Shown here: positions 30,910 to 41,971 of the stretch, piece after piece
How the letters are laid out: the number at the start of each line of letters is the position of its first letter
Position numbering within the stretch: the first letter of the stretch is position 1
Origin: an uncultured delta proteobacterium
GTDB lineage: Bacteria; Desulfobacterota; Binatia; UBA9968
Direction: 5' to 3'
Assembly (NCBI GenBank): GCA_963745035.1
Contig: CAVUVW010000017.1
Location: 256,001-320,000, forward strand
DNA: 64,000 nucleotides
Position numbers and translations under genes: made by a program
Notes under the pieces: model-generated
The model's input: only the letters and a program-made list of their open reading frames with translations
Told to the model about the DNA's origin: nothing
The model's database searches: none

Positions 30910-31254
30910 TTATGCGCCGCAGCAGTTTTTGAACTTCTTGCCGCTGCCGCATGGGCAGGGCTCGTTGCGGCCAACTTTGTTCTCGGCGATCGCTGGTTTT
31001 GGCGGGTTTAGCAGCCGGGTCAAGTCGGCGACGTCTTCCGGCTTCGCCGAATCGACCTCGATCCTGTAGGCCCAGCCGTTTTTTTCAAATGACGCCGCCA
31101 CTTCTTTGCGTCTCTTCTCAGAGCGGACACTGACGACAGCGGGATTCTTTTCCGTTCCCAATCTCGCCGTCTTCTTGCCGTCAAAAACCCCCGGCCGTGT
31201 TTCAGCGCTGATCTGGTTTCTCATCTTACCGATATCGGTAATTCGATTGCCCAT
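30910..31254 (-). CDS. SEC-C motif metal-binding protein
   Basis: C-terminal [21 protein letters not shown]. Confidence 0.82.
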   Translation of the reverse strand: MGNRITDIGKMRNQISAETRPGVFDGKKTARLGTEKNPAVVSVRSEKRRKEVAASFEKNGWAYRIEVDSAKPEDVADLTRLLNPPKPAIAENKVGRNEPCPCGSGKKFKNCCGA

Positions 31255-31289
31255 AGGTCGACTATTTCAGATATCCGCAGGCTTATCCA

Positions 31290-31655
31290 TCAAGGCCGTG
31301 TCAGCAATTCCAACAAGTGACCATCCGGGTCGTGAAAGTATATCCCGCGGCCGCCTTTGCGGGTGTTCACTTGGCGGTTTGTGGGGCTACGGGGTTCGCT
31401 GCCCCAAGCCAGGCCGGCTTCCTGGACCCGTTCAAAGATCGCATCGAACTCATCGTCGCCGACGTGAAACGCGTAGTGGTGCGGCTCGAACGATTCGGCG
31501 TTGTCGAAGTCGAGGGTCAGTTCGTCGTTGACTCGTACCGGAGCGAAATGTCCCGCCGGTCCGTTGTAGCTAAGACCAAAAATCTTTGCGAAGAAGCGTG
31601 CGGCGGCGTCCTTATCTCTTGCCGGCACGATCGTGTGATTTAATCGTATCGCCAT
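31290..31655 (-). CDS. VOC/glyoxalase family protein
   Basis: LNHTIV, HYAFHV, GRGIYFHDPDGHLLEL; AGGAGG RBS. Confidence 0.9.
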   Translation of the reverse strand: MAIRLNHTIVPARDKDAAARFFAKIFGLSYNGPAGHFAPVRVNDELTLDFDNAESFEPHHYAFHVGDDEFDAIFERVQEAGLAWGSEPRSPTNRQVNTRKGGRGIYFHDPDGHLLELLTRP

Positions 31656-31750
31656 CGCTCCTCCTTTGATCCGGCGATCCTAAGAGAATTTGATGATCAT
31701 TCACTTTATCATATCTACTCGTCCGGAACTCCCGCCTCAAGCCGCGCGCC

Positions 31751-32923
31751 TCACGCCTCCTTGTGATCTAGCATAAAAAATTTGATCGCGTTACCGGCTA
31801 CCATTTTCCAACGCTCATCCGCCGAAACGCCGGCCATTTGTGAATCCAAAGTTTTTAGAGACTTGGGCCAGCGCGTCACGACGTGGGGAAAATCGGTGGA
31901 CCACATCATCCGATCCACACCCACTTCGTGGCGCAGTTTGACGCCGACGTGGTCTTCGAAAAAGCCCCAATGCGCGTGCTCTTTCAAGTATTCGCTCGGC
32001 TGGCGCTTCAGTTTCGGCAAACCGAGATGGCGTTCCGCCCAAAAGCGATTGATCGAATATTCGTGGTCGATCTGTTCGTAAAAGTACGGCAGCCAGCCGA
32101 CGTTGTTCTCCGCCCAGTAGATTTGCAGCTTCGGAAATCGATCGAAAACTCCCGAGACCACCAATTGACTCGCTTCGACGGAGCCCGAGTGGTGCGGTCC
32201 CTGGCGCGCGAAGCGCTGCACGAAATCCGTCGGCGGCCGCGCTTCGCCCGTCGGCTCCTTGGGATATTTGAAAAGCCGGGTCTCGCGCGAGCCGACTTTG
32301 GTTGGAAACGAAGTGTGCACGATGATCGGCATTTCCAAGTCCAGCGCCGTCGCCCAAAAACGATCGTCCTCGGCTGACGGAAAACTCTGTCCGCTTGGGA
32401 ACGTGCTCAGCCAGACCGCCTTCAGGCCCATGCGCTTGCAGCGCTCCATTTCGGCAACATCTTCCTCCGCACCGATGTTGGGCAGAACGGCGACGCCGAT
32501 CAGACGGTCGCGATCGACGGCGCAATACTCCTCCGCGAAATAATCGTTGAATCCTTGAATGACGGCGATGAACGCCGCCTTGTCGCGGATCGCGGGGTTG
32601 CGCACGTCGAGCGCGAACAAAACTTCGGCGTCGATGTCGTCCTGGTCCTGCTCGCGGAGTCTCTGCTCGGCTGAACCGCATCCCGGTGTCGTGTCAAAAT
32701 CGAAAACCGTCGGGTCAAAACTTTCCGGCGGCCTGCCGGCGTAAAGACTGGTGCCGCCGTAAACCAACGGTCGACCTTCCATGAGTAGAGCGTCGTGGCC
32801 GTTCGCCAGTTTGATGCGCCGCGGCGCGCGGTCACGATACTGCTTCGGCACGCGGTGCGTCCACTGCTCGGGCGGCGATTCGAAATGACTGTCGGCGGAA
32901 ATGTAGCGATAATTCCTCGCCAT
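31751..32923 (-). CDS. Amidohydrolase_2 family protein
   Basis: ISADSH, IIVH, GVFDRFPKL, MMWSTDFPH, GNAIKF. Confidence 0.9.
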   Translation of the reverse strand: MARNYRYISADSHFESPPEQWTHRVPKQYRDRAPRRIKLANGHDALLMEGRPLVYGGTSLYAGRPPESFDPTVFDFDTTPGCGSAEQRLREQDQDDIDAEVLFALDVRNPAIRDKAAFIAVIQGFNDYFAEEYCAVDRDRLIGVAVLPNIGAEEDVAEMERCKRMGLKAVWLSTFPSGQSFPSAEDDRFWATALDLEMPIIVHTSFPTKVGSRETRLFKYPKEPTGEARPPTDFVQRFARQGPHHSGSVEASQLVVSGVFDRFPKLQIYWAENNVGWLPYFYEQIDHEYSINRFWAERHLGLPKLKRQPSEYLKEHAHWGFFEDHVGVKLRHEVGVDRMMWSTDFPHVVTRWPKSLKTLDSQMAGVSADERWKMVAGNAIKFFMLDHKEA

Positions 32924-32976
32924 CGATGCTCCTTGCTCTTAAGGCCAAGCTGACGGTGCCGACCTCGCTCTGCCAG

Positions 32977-34113
32977 CTAAACTTTGCCTTCTCGTTCTCT
33001 ATTTACGCGCGCCATGAATTTCGGTGAAAATTCGCTCAGGCGCTCGTCGGTCATGCGTCCGCTGCGCATCATGTAGTCGTAAGCGAGCTCCCACGGCTGC
33101 AACCGCATCTTTTCGGGTAGACGCTCGTACCAGAACGAGCTGGCGTTGGCGGCGGCGACAATTTTTTCCACGATCGGCCGGCGCTCACTTTCGAACGCTG
33201 CAAGTGCGCCTGGCACATCGGCGCCCGTTTCGCCGAAAGCGCGGTCGAGCGCGATAGCGTCTTCGAAGGCAAGGCGGGTGCCTGAGCCGATGGAAAAATG
33301 CACCGTGCGCAGCGCATCGCCGAGCAAAACGGCATGATCGACGTGCCAGCGGCGCGTCGTGACGAGCGGAAACTGGCGCCATATCGATTTGTTCGACAGC
33401 AGCGAATGACCGTTCAAATCCGGCGCAAATACGCGCTCGCAGTACCGTTGGCTTTCTTCATCGCCCATGCGGTCGAGGCCTGCGCGCCGCCAGGTCCCTT
33501 CATCGCATTCGACGACGAAGGTGCTCATGGTTGGGCTGTGGCGGTAATGGTGCGCGACGAACGAGCCATGCTCGTTGGCTCGGAAGGTCAAGCTCAGACA
33601 CTCGAAAATTTGTCGGGTGCCGTACCAGGCGAAACGATTGGTCAGCCATTGGAGCTCCGGCGCGAAATCTTGCTCGAATGCCCGCCGCACGAAGGAATTG
33701 GCGCCGTCGGCGCCTACTAGAAGATCACAGTCTCTCACCTCATCGAGCGTCGAGATCAGCCGCTGATATTCGACTTGTACTCCGCCTTTGGCGCAGAGCT
33801 CCTGAAGGAATTGGTTGAGCTCGAGGCGGCCGATGGCGGAGAATCCGTTGCCGTCGATATCGACGCGCTCGTCGCGGTGCACGATACGCTGCATCGGCCA
33901 CGACTCCAGGCGCGAGATAAGTTGTTCGTGTAAATCCGGCACATCGCGCTCGAGAAATGCGAGCGCGTTCAGCGAAAACACCACACCGAAACCGAAGGTG
34001 GCGTCCGGTGGGTTCTGCTCAAACACGTTGACGCGCCACTCCGCAAAGCGCCGCTTGATCAGCAGGGCGAAGAGTAAACCAGCCGGACCGGCACCAATGA
34101 CGTTGATTTTCAC
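32977..34113 (-). CDS. FAD-dependent monooxygenase resembling the hydroxylase domain of salicylyl-CoA 5-hydroxylase / anthraniloyl-CoA monooxygenase
   Basis: IGAGPAG, EQNPPDATFGFGVVFS, GADGANS, LLGDALRTVHFSIGSGTRLAFEDAI. Confidence 0.85.
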   Translation of the reverse strand: MKINVIGAGPAGLLFALLIKRRFAEWRVNVFEQNPPDATFGFGVVFSLNALAFLERDVPDLHEQLISRLESWPMQRIVHRDERVDIDGNGFSAIGRLELNQFLQELCAKGGVQVEYQRLISTLDEVRDCDLLVGADGANSFVRRAFEQDFAPELQWLTNRFAWYGTRQIFECLSLTFRANEHGSFVAHHYRHSPTMSTFVVECDEGTWRRAGLDRMGDEESQRYCERVFAPDLNGHSLLSNKSIWRQFPLVTTRRWHVDHAVLLGDALRTVHFSIGSGTRLAFEDAIALDRAFGETGADVPGALAAFESERRPIVEKIVAAANASSFWYERLPEKMRLQPWELAYDYMMRSGRMTDERLSEFSPKFMARVNREREGKV

Positions 34114-34125
34114 AAAGGCAAAATC

Positions 34126-34202
34126 GGAGTGGTGGAGTGAGGGAGTATTGGAGTGCTGGGTCAGGAAACATTACTCCATTACTCCACCACTCCAGTACTC
34201 CA
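34126..34202. repeat. Inverted 8-bp tandem-repeat element
   Basis: GGAGTGGT GGAGTGAG GGAGTATT GGAGTGCT … ATTACTCC ATTACTCC ACCACTCC AGTACTCC. Confidence 0.85.
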
Positions 34203-34207
34203 GTCTT

Positions 34208-35210
34208 TCACTTTCCGTTGCCGTAAAGCTTCTTCACAAAGCCGCTCGCCTCGATCTCCTTTAATAAGCGCGGGTCGACGAATTCCTTCGGGTCGGCGCT
34301 TTTGACGCGCGGATTGGTTTCGCTCACCTGCGTGATGCCGAGCTTCATGTCTTCGACTGTCGGATAAGGAATCCTTTCGAATGCATCCGCATAGACGCGC
34401 TGGGTTTCCTCGAGCATCGCCCGGTCCGTCGTCTTAGTGTATTTTCCGATAACCTTCATCGTGAACGCGGGATCCGTTTTGAATCGATGCACCGCTTCGA
34501 TGTGGGCTTCGAGGAATTTACGAATGGCGGACTCTTGCGTGCGCAGCAATTTTTGCGTCACGATGACGGAAGAAAGGGGATACCGATATCCCGCTTTATT
34601 GTAATCGACCAGCACGCGGAAACCCGCGGCCTGAGCGTGCAGCACGGCGGGAAAGCCGAACGTGCCGCCTTCGATTTGACCGGCCTTGAGCCCAGCCACC
34701 GTTTCCGGCAGCCCGCCCATCTGCCGGATCATCACATCCTTATCCGGCACGAGCCCGTTTTGGCGCAGGAATATTCGCGTGAAAAAATCCGTGACCGTTC
34801 CGACGCGCGTAACCCCGATGCTCTTGCCGCGCATGTCCTCGACCCGCTGGATTTGCGGCTGCGCCACCGTAAAGACGATCACGCGGTTGACCGGAATCGC
34901 GACGTAAACGGTATCCGCTCCGGCGAGCCTCGCATCCACGCCGGCCGGGCCGCCGATCGCTGCCACATCGATGCTGCCACCGACTAATGTCTGAACCGCG
35001 CGCGATCCCGCCGCGATATAGACAAGCTCGACGTCGAGGCCGTGCTTTTGAAAAATTCCCGCTTCTTTGGCGATCCAAGGAATTGAAAACGCCGCCGTCA
35101 CAGCCGCGTAAGCGACGCGGAGTTTTTGCGGCGCTTCGCCGGCGTCTGACGATACCGGGATGTGAACACAGAACGAGAAGAAATGTTTAACTGGCCCGGA
35201 AACATTGCAC
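34208..35210 (-). CDS. SsuA/NMT1/THI5-like solute-binding protein (N-terminus frameshifted)
   Basis: PQKLRVAYAAVTAAFSIPWIAKEAGIFQKHGLDVEL, DMRGKSIG, EIEASGFVKKLY. Confidence 0.82.
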
Positions 35211-35310
35211 GTCGATATCCTCTTTCCTTAACACCGAGCATCAAAGCGGCGAAATCATCTTCGATTCCTCCCACGAACATCGACTTGATCATCCGAACTT
35301 GCGAAACGGC

Positions 35311-36297
35311 TCACACATGATCGACGTCGCCCCCGTCTTCCGGATCCGTATCGATGAATAACTCGTCAATGGACATCGCTTTCTTTGTCAAACCCTGTTG
35401 ATGGCAGTAGCGAATAGCTGTTTCGAGATTCTTTCGATTTGCCTCACTGAGACCGTATGCCCACGGGTCGGGCCCGAGAATCTTTCGCTCCTCCTCATAT
35501 TCCGTTCTGACCCATGCGAGCGGCGTGATTCTCGGATTGGCGAGCCGCTTGTAGGCGATGTTCTTCGCTTTCTCGAAGGCCTTCACCAGACTGACCGCCG
35601 CCCACGGATACTTATCGGCGATCTCCTGTTTCATCACCGTCACGTGCATGATCGGGAAGATGCCGGTCTGTTGAAAATATTCGCGCTCGACTGATTTGTA
35701 GTCGGAAAATAGCCGCGCAACCCGCTTATCGCCGTGAACTATCGGCTCGGGAATGTAGGGGTTGATCATCGCTGGGATCTCGCCCTCGGCAAGCATCGTA
35801 TCCATCGACTTGCCGGCGGGAATCATCTCGATCTTCAACCCCGGTGGGGGCGTGAACGGCACGTCTTCGCTGCGATCCACGACCCAAGTGATCTCTTTGT
35901 GCGGCACGCCGTAATGCTCTTCGAAAATGCCGCGCAGCCAGATATTCCCTGCGGGCTGAAAGTTGGTGCCGCCAACGCGCTTGCCGATCAGATCCTTCGG
36001 CGTCTTGATGCCGGCGCTGACGTTCACGAACGCGAAGCCATGGCGAAAACGACGGTGCAAAAATACCGGGATCGCCGCCAGCGGATCGCCGTGATCGCGC
36101 GACATCAAATATCCGCCGATGTTGAACTCACAGACGTCGAATTCCTGATTGCGCGCCATGCGCCAATGACGCTCGCGCGGCCCGTGGCCGGTCAAAACGA
36201 CGAGTTCCAGGCCGTCCGCCTCGACCGAGCCTTCCTTCAGCGCGCGAATGATTTCGTAATCACCCACGGCAACGGATAAACGAATCTTCGTAGCCAT
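35311..36297 (-). CDS. 4,5-dihydroxyphthalate decarboxylase-like protein (SBP fold, no signal peptide)
   Basis: AVGDY…AL, EFDVCE, IPVFLHRRFRH, TGIFPIMH, DPWAYG…NR. Confidence 0.8.
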   Translation of the reverse strand: MATKIRLSVAVGDYEIIRALKEGSVEADGLELVVLTGHGPRERHWRMARNQEFDVCEFNIGGYLMSRDHGDPLAAIPVFLHRRFRHGFAFVNVSAGIKTPKDLIGKRVGGTNFQPAGNIWLRGIFEEHYGVPHKEITWVVDRSEDVPFTPPPGLKIEMIPAGKSMDTMLAEGEIPAMINPYIPEPIVHGDKRVARLFSDYKSVEREYFQQTGIFPIMHVTVMKQEIADKYPWAAVSLVKAFEKAKNIAYKRLANPRITPLAWVRTEYEEERKILGPDPWAYGLSEANRKNLETAIRYCHQQGLTKKAMSIDELFIDTDPEDGGDVDHV

Positions 36298-36316
36298 GCC
36301 GCTCTCCCGTTATGAA

Positions 36317-36393
36317 TGGAGTGATGGAGTATTGGAGTACTGGAGTATTGTTTCCGACCCATCACTCCAACACTCCAATACTCCATCACTCCA
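36317..36393. repeat. Inverted 8-bp tandem-repeat element
   Basis: TGGAGTGA TGGAGTAT TGGAGTAC TGGAGTAT … TCACTCCA ACACTCCA ATACTCCA TCACTCCA. Confidence 0.85.
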
Positions 36394-36397
36394 CTCT

Positions 36398-37391
36398 TCA
36401 GTTTCCATACAGTTTCTGCACGAAGCCTTCTTTTTCGATCTCGTCGATCAAACTCATGTCGACAAAGTCGGCGGGATTTTTCTGGCCGGCTTCGATCGAG
36501 GTGGAGAATATTTTTGATGCCTTCCAGCTCCGTACGAGGCGATCGAGCCAAGCGCTTGGCGAAAAACTCGTGAGTCCCCTCGACGGCTTCGCTGTCCGTG
36601 ATCTGCAGGTGTTTCCTGAGAATCTTGAGACTGCCTTCTTTGTTGGTCTTGACGTAATGCATACCTTCGATCTGCCCCTTGATGAAACCTTTGATGGCGG
36701 CGCGATTTTGCTTGAGGTAGGAGCGCGTCACGATGTTCGAAGTATTGGTGTAAAAGCCGAAGTCGCCGATATCGGCCAGCACGTTCATGCCCATTTTGCG
36801 CGCCTGATAGATTTCCGGGTAAGACTGTACGGTCGCATCGACTTTTTTCGTCATCAGCGCCGCCATGCGCGCCGAGGTTCCACCCGTCTGAAGCATCTTG
36901 ATATCGCTCGGTTGCATCTTCCACGCCTTCACCGCCATCAGAATGGCCGCGTCGTTGGAGCCGCCGAAGCGGTTGATGCCGATGACCTTGCCGCGCAGTT
37001 GCTGTGGTTCTTTGATTTCGGGACGGGAGATGAGCAGCATCGGCAGCTTGTTTTCCAGGGTCGCGACGATCACCACCGGCGCGCCCTGGTTTGCGCCGAT
37101 CACTGCCGAAGAGGCCGCCGTCTGGGTCAACTGCAAGCTGCCGCCGAGCAGAGCTTGGATATTCGGCGAGCCCGCTTGGATCAGAATAATTTCCAGATCG
37201 ACGCCGTATTTCTTGCTGAAGCCCAACTCCTTGTTCACCCAAAGCGGCAACTGATAACCGGCGGTGCCGCCGTAGCTGACGCGAAACGGGTAGGCTCGGC
37301 CGTCCAACGCCGGCGTCGCCGATCCGATGAAGACTATCAAAGCGGCAAATAAAGCCGGCCAAGTTCGCTTCGATCGCTCAAGAACGCTCAT
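36398..37391 (-). CDS. SsuA/NMT1-like solute-binding protein (frameshift ~36505)
   Basis: Signal peptide; LPLWVNKELG, LRGKVIG; C-terminus …EIEKEGFVQKLYGN* in the shifted frame. Confidence 0.82.
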
Positions 37392-37415
37392 AGCTCCTCC
37401 TCCAGGAGAATCAGA

Positions 37416-38355
37416 CTAGCCCGAATTCTCGCAGGCAAAACGCGGAAAGAGCTTCGCCGCGTTGCATTCCTCCACAGCCGCTCGGGCTGAAGTATCAAAA
37501 CCGTCGTAATGTTCCCAATGATCGACTTCTTCGCGCAATCGATCGCCGTAGACAAACGGCAAGTCGGATCCCCAGAGGATATGCGACGGATCGGCGAGTT
37601 CCTGCAAAGAACGAAGCGCAAACGCCGAAGTCGTACTGGCGATCTCGTAGTATAGCGAGCGCAGGGTCGGAATCACGTTGGTCACGCCTTTGGCGCCGCG
37701 ATGCCCTTCCATCATCGCGATCCTTTGCGCGAGAAAAGGTACGGCGCCTCCGCCGTGAGCGACGATAAGACGAATATTGGGGCAGCGTTTAAGCGATGCC
37801 GGAATAGATGAGGTTGACGATAGCTCGCGTGGTGTCGAAGACGTACTCGACGACGAAAGGCGGCGCATGCAAGCGCGTGTGCTCCGGCGCTTCGCAGTGG
37901 GTTGGATGAATGAACACCACCGCATTTCGGCGGTTGAGCTCATCGAAAACCGGATCGAAACGCGGATCGCCCAGATAATGGTCGTTGACGCTCGAAAAAA
38001 GCCCGATGCCGTCGAGACGCAGAACGTCGAGCGCATAAGAAATTTCCGCGAGCGCGCCATCGACATCGGGCAAGGGTAGAAGGGCGAAAGAGCCGAAGCG
38101 CGTGCGATGGTCATGAAGCCGTTGCGCCTGAAATTCGTTGCACGCCCGCGCGACTTCACGCAGGCGCTGCATGTTTTTCAAGAGCACGCGCGGGGTGAGC
38201 GAAGTGATCGCGGCGCGAATATGCCAGTCATCCATCGAGCGGAGCTGCTCTTCGACGTCCGGTGGCCTGATCGGCATAGCATCGTCGGCAAACTCCGGCG
38301 GCACCACATGGTGGTGCACGTCGATGCGCCAGTTGCCCGTTCGCGCTGAATTCAT
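37416..38355 (-). CDS. Amidohydrolase_2 / ACMSD-like decarboxylase (frameshift ~37800)
   Basis: RIDVHHH, VFIHP, FDTTRA in one frame; AHGGGAVPF, LWGSDLPF, NAAKLF in the next. Confidence 0.85.
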
Positions 38356-38561
38356 TCGAACTTTCCGTCCGCGCGGCCAAGCTATTGGAAAGCCGCCACG
38401 GCTGTCAATATGCCCATCAGAATGGAGCGCGATATTCGACGCCGATGGTATGGACATCTTTCCTGGCTTGAGGTATTCGGGGCGAGGCGTCGTACTCACC
38501 AACCAGCGATGGCCTGAAGGGCGTTCAACCGGCGCACCACAGGCACAGAAGGAGGCACGCG

Positions 38562-39572
38562 ATGGCGGCTTTTCCGAAGCTCGGTGTGTTGATCGGCACT
38601 CTCCTCGCTCTGTCGAGCGGTTTCAACAGGGAAGGCGCGGCGCAAACGTCCACGCTCACTGCCTTCTATACTGCGCCGGTGGTTTCGATGGCGCCCATGT
38701 GGATCGCCAAAGAAGCCGGCTTCTTCAAGAAACAAGGCTTGGATTTGAAGTTGGTCTTCATCGCCTCGGGTCCGCTGGGCACGACTTCGATCCTGTCAGG
38801 CGATGTCGATGTCGGAGTGATCGGCGGTTTTGCGCCGATCCGAGCGATTGCCGGAGGCGCGAAGAACCTGGTCATGATCGGGCAAACCAAAAACCGCATG
38901 ACCGGCGCCATTGTCGGCAAGAAAGAACTCTCCAATGTCGAGGACCTCAAAGGAAAACGTCTGGGCATCGATCGCGTCGGTTCCAATCCAGACATGTTTA
39001 CCCAGGCTGCCCTGGCGCGATTCAACATGGATCCGCTGAAGGATCTCAACTACATTCAGCTCGGCAGCATCGGCCAGGGCATTCCCGCGCTCAAAGCCGG
39101 GACCATCGATGCCCTGACCACCGGCGCGCCGCACGATCTTTTCGCCCAACGTTTGGGTTTCAAGGTCATCTTGGACATCACCGCGCTGAAAATTCCTTTC
39201 GCGGCGACCGTTCTTTTGTCCGCGCGCAACACCGTGGAACGCAAACAAGCCGATCTTGCGAAATTCATGCGCGCGTATGCCGAAGGGATGCATTACTTTC
39301 TCACTAACCCGGAAGGGACGAATCAAATCGTCGCCAAGTACACCAAGGTTGAAGACCGCGAAGTGAACGCCTATGCGATCGACTCCGAGTCCAGGGCGGT
39401 AGAGCGAACCTTGCAAGTGGATCCCAAGGGCATCGAGCTCATTCTGAATCTGATCAGCAAGGCCGTGCCTCAGGCGGCATCGGCCAAAGCACAAGACTTT
39501 TACGATCCGCGCTTCTTTACCGACTTGCGCGACAGCGGCTTTCTCAAGCGCCTGTGGGGAGAAAAGTTATGA
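38562..39572 (+). CDS. SsuA/NMT1-like solute-binding protein
   Basis: Signal peptide; PMWIAKEAGFFKKQGLD, DLKGKRLG, LRDSGFLKRLW. Confidence 0.88.
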   Translation: MAAFPKLGVLIGTLLALSSGFNREGAAQTSTLTAFYTAPVVSMAPMWIAKEAGFFKKQGLDLKLVFIASGPLGTTSILSGDVDVGVIGGFAPIRAIAGGAKNLVMIGQTKNRMTGAIVGKKELSNVEDLKGKRLGIDRVGSNPDMFTQAALARFNMDPLKDLNYIQLGSIGQGIPALKAGTIDALTTGAPHDLFAQRLGFKVILDITALKIPFAATVLLSARNTVERKQADLAKFMRAYAEGMHYFLTNPEGTNQIVAKYTKVEDREVNAYAIDSESRAVERTLQVDPKGIELILNLISKAVPQAASAKAQDFYDPRFFTDLRDSGFLKRLWGEKL

Positions 39573-39662
39573 GAGACGGCACCGAGGAGTCGTTCTCGAT
39601 CGCAACGCGGCTTGGAAACTCGGCTATAGAAACACCGTCACCATCCATCGGAAGGATTCCTT

Positions 39663-40715
39663 ATGTTCAAGAAAGGTAGCTGCGGCGCGTTTATCGCCGT
39701 CGCTTTTCTGCATTGCTTAGCCTTTGGCTTTTCCTTCGCCCAGGAGCCTTACTTCAAAGGCAAGACGATTAGAATCATCGCCGGGTTTCCCGGCGGCGGC
39801 GGTGTGGACGCCGAGTCTCGGATGCTCGCGCGCTTCTTACCGGCGCATATTCCGGGGAACCCGGCGATCATTGTGCAAAACATGCCCGGCGCCGGCGGCA
39901 CCGTTGCGAGCAACTGGTTCGAACAATTCGCCAAGCCCGATGGTCTCACCCTTCATTACACCAGCACCACGAGCATCAACCAGCAAGCGATGGGGGTCAA
40001 AGAGGCCAAGCACGATCTCCGCCACTGGCCGGTGGTCGGCAGCGTTCGCCGCGGCACCTCGGTGGCGCTGATCCGGAAACCAAGTCTCAGTCGCCTTACC
40101 GGTTCAGGGGAACCGCTCAAAGTCGGCGTTCGGTCGGGAGACGAGAGTTGGAACGGAATCTTCCTCTGGGGAGCAGAGTTTCTCAAATGGAACGTGCGCT
40201 GGGTTCAGGGCTATCCCGGCGGTGGAGAAATCCAGCTCGCCTTCGAAAGAAACGAAACGGACATCTATCCGACCGCCACCCTGCCCGTGCTGCGCAAGTT
40301 CGTCGGCCAAGGATATCATCCGTTCGTGCAGCAAGGCATGTTGACCGGGGCAGGCTCGTTCCAGCGGCGATCAGAGTATCCGGAAGTTCCCGTGTTCGAG
40401 GACGTGGCGAAAGATCAACGGCTCAGCGGCGTGCCGTGGCAGGCCTATACGATTTGGGCGGGCTCGGACAGCGTCGGTAGGCCCCTGCACGCGGCGCCCA
40501 AAACGCCTGCGGAGATACTGCGCGCATTGCGAGACGCTTTCGCTCAGATGCGAGAAGGCGCGGAGTTCAAGGCCGAAGCGAAAAGAGTGAGCGGCGAGGA
40601 TGTGCAGCTCCTCTTGGGCGACGAAGCGGAACAACTTCTCAAACAGATTTTGGTTGTCTCTCCCGCAATCCAGGATTTCACCAACGGCCTGATGAAGAAG
40701 TACTTGGGCCGGTAA
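39663..40715 (+). CDS. Bug/TctC-type solute-binding protein
   Basis: YFKGKTIRIIAGFPGGGG, QNMPGAGG, KPDGLT. Confidence 0.87.
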   Translation: MFKKGSCGAFIAVAFLHCLAFGFSFAQEPYFKGKTIRIIAGFPGGGGVDAESRMLARFLPAHIPGNPAIIVQNMPGAGGTVASNWFEQFAKPDGLTLHYTSTTSINQQAMGVKEAKHDLRHWPVVGSVRRGTSVALIRKPSLSRLTGSGEPLKVGVRSGDESWNGIFLWGAEFLKWNVRWVQGYPGGGEIQLAFERNETDIYPTATLPVLRKFVGQGYHPFVQQGMLTGAGSFQRRSEYPEVPVFEDVAKDQRLSGVPWQAYTIWAGSDSVGRPLHAAPKTPAEILRALRDAFAQMREGAEFKAEAKRVSGEDVQLLLGDEAEQLLKQILVVSPAIQDFTNGLMKKYLGR

Positions 40716-40753
40716 AAGCGGTAAGCGTACGCGTCGTGTCGCGGCACAACGCT

Positions 40754-41710
40754 CTAGCGCACAGATTTTTGCACGAAGCTGAAATCGAAAACTTGGCTTG
40801 GCGAAACCTCTTTGGCTGCGCCGGGCAGGCTTTTCTGGGTGAATTCGATGGCGCCTTTCATCCAGCTCTCGTCGGTCGAGCCGTCGACGGACAGGCGGGT
40901 CAAATAGAGGTCGTACAGTTGCTCGATCAGCGCCGGATCTTTGATTCCCAAATACGGCGGCATCATTTTCAGCATCTCGGCGCGATTCTGCCGAGAGAAT
41001 TGCAAAGCTTTGATCGTACCTTTCACGAAAGAGAGTACCTCGCCGGGATTGCTCCTGATCTTTTCGTCGGTAACGCCGATCCCTCCGTTAGGATACGTCG
41101 CCATGTAGTCGCCGGTGTAGGCGATGCGATTGAAGCCCTCGCGCAGCAGCATGAACGGCCGCGGCGGAGTCATTAGGGCGGCGGCAACGCGCCCGGCGCG
41201 CAGCGCGAGCGCCGACTCTTCCTGCCCACCGACGATGATCAATGTGACATCCTTATTCGGAACCAGACCGTTTTTTTGCAGGATCAACTGCGTCATCAGA
41301 TCGTTGGACCCGCCGCGGGAAGAAATGCCGATGATTTTTCCCTTTAGTTCCTGGACCGACTTGATCGCCGGCTGGGACATCAGGTCGAACTGCGGCTTCG
41401 CCGAAGAAATAAACACGAGCTTGACGGGCAGCCCGCGCACTGCAGCCGCGATCGTCGATCCGGACGCCGAAGTATAATCGACCGAGCCGCCTAGGAGCGC
41501 CTGCATGCCGACCGCGCCGCGAATGAGGATCGTTTCGACGTCGAGCCCTTCCTCCCGCCAAAAGCCTTTGAGCTGAGCGACTTTGAACGGCAGCTCGGAG
41601 ATGGAAATCGCGCTGGTGGAAAATCTAACTTTCTTCAATTGTGCCGGCGCGGCAGACACGCCGAAGAGCAAAATGAGAATCACGACAAAAAGGAAAGTCT
41701 TGCTTAGCAT
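40754..41710 (-). CDS. SsuA/NMT1-like solute-binding protein
   Basis: Signal peptide MLSKTFLFVV…; KGFWREEGLDVE, ELKGKIIG, VFDFSF. Confidence 0.88.
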   Translation of the reverse strand: MLSKTFLFVVILILLFGVSAAPAQLKKVRFSTSAISISELPFKVAQLKGFWREEGLDVETILIRGAVGMQALLGGSVDYTSASGSTIAAAVRGLPVKLVFISSAKPQFDLMSQPAIKSVQELKGKIIGISSRGGSNDLMTQLILQKNGLVPNKDVTLIIVGGQEESALALRAGRVAAALMTPPRPFMLLREGFNRIAYTGDYMATYPNGGIGVTDEKIRSNPGEVLSFVKGTIKALQFSRQNRAEMLKMMPPYLGIKDPALIEQLYDLYLTRLSVDGSTDESWMKGAIEFTQKSLPGAAKEVSPSQVFDFSFVQKSVR

Positions 41711-41788
41711 ATCGACTCCTTTGAATGGCGAAGGAATGTTTACCACAGAGTGAGATCGCGGCAAACGGCCCCGAAGAAAGAAAAGGAG

Positions 41789-41881
41789 ATTTCACCGCAG
41801 AGACACGGAGTTCGCAGAGTTCGGAGTAAATTACTAGTCAATGACTCTTACTCGGCGCCCTCAGCGCCTCTGTGGTGAAAT
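41789..41881. repeat. Inverted 9-bp (CGCAGAG-type) tandem-repeat element
   Basis: ATTTCACCGCAGAG ACACGGAG TTCGCAGAG … CTCGGCGCC CTCAGCGC CTCTGTGGTGAAAT. Confidence 0.75.
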
Positions 41882-41971
41882 TTCCTAGTCCGGCTTCCCC
41901 ATCGGCTTGACGGGCCGTTCACGTGGCTGTTAGTGTTCGCTCCACTGAGCTGATTTCGAGAGGAGATGCTC

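Noticed and set aside
21988-36393. Periodic repeats as a CRISPR array
   Set aside because: Units are 7-9 bp, contiguous and inverted, with no unique 30-40 bp spacers and no cas genes.
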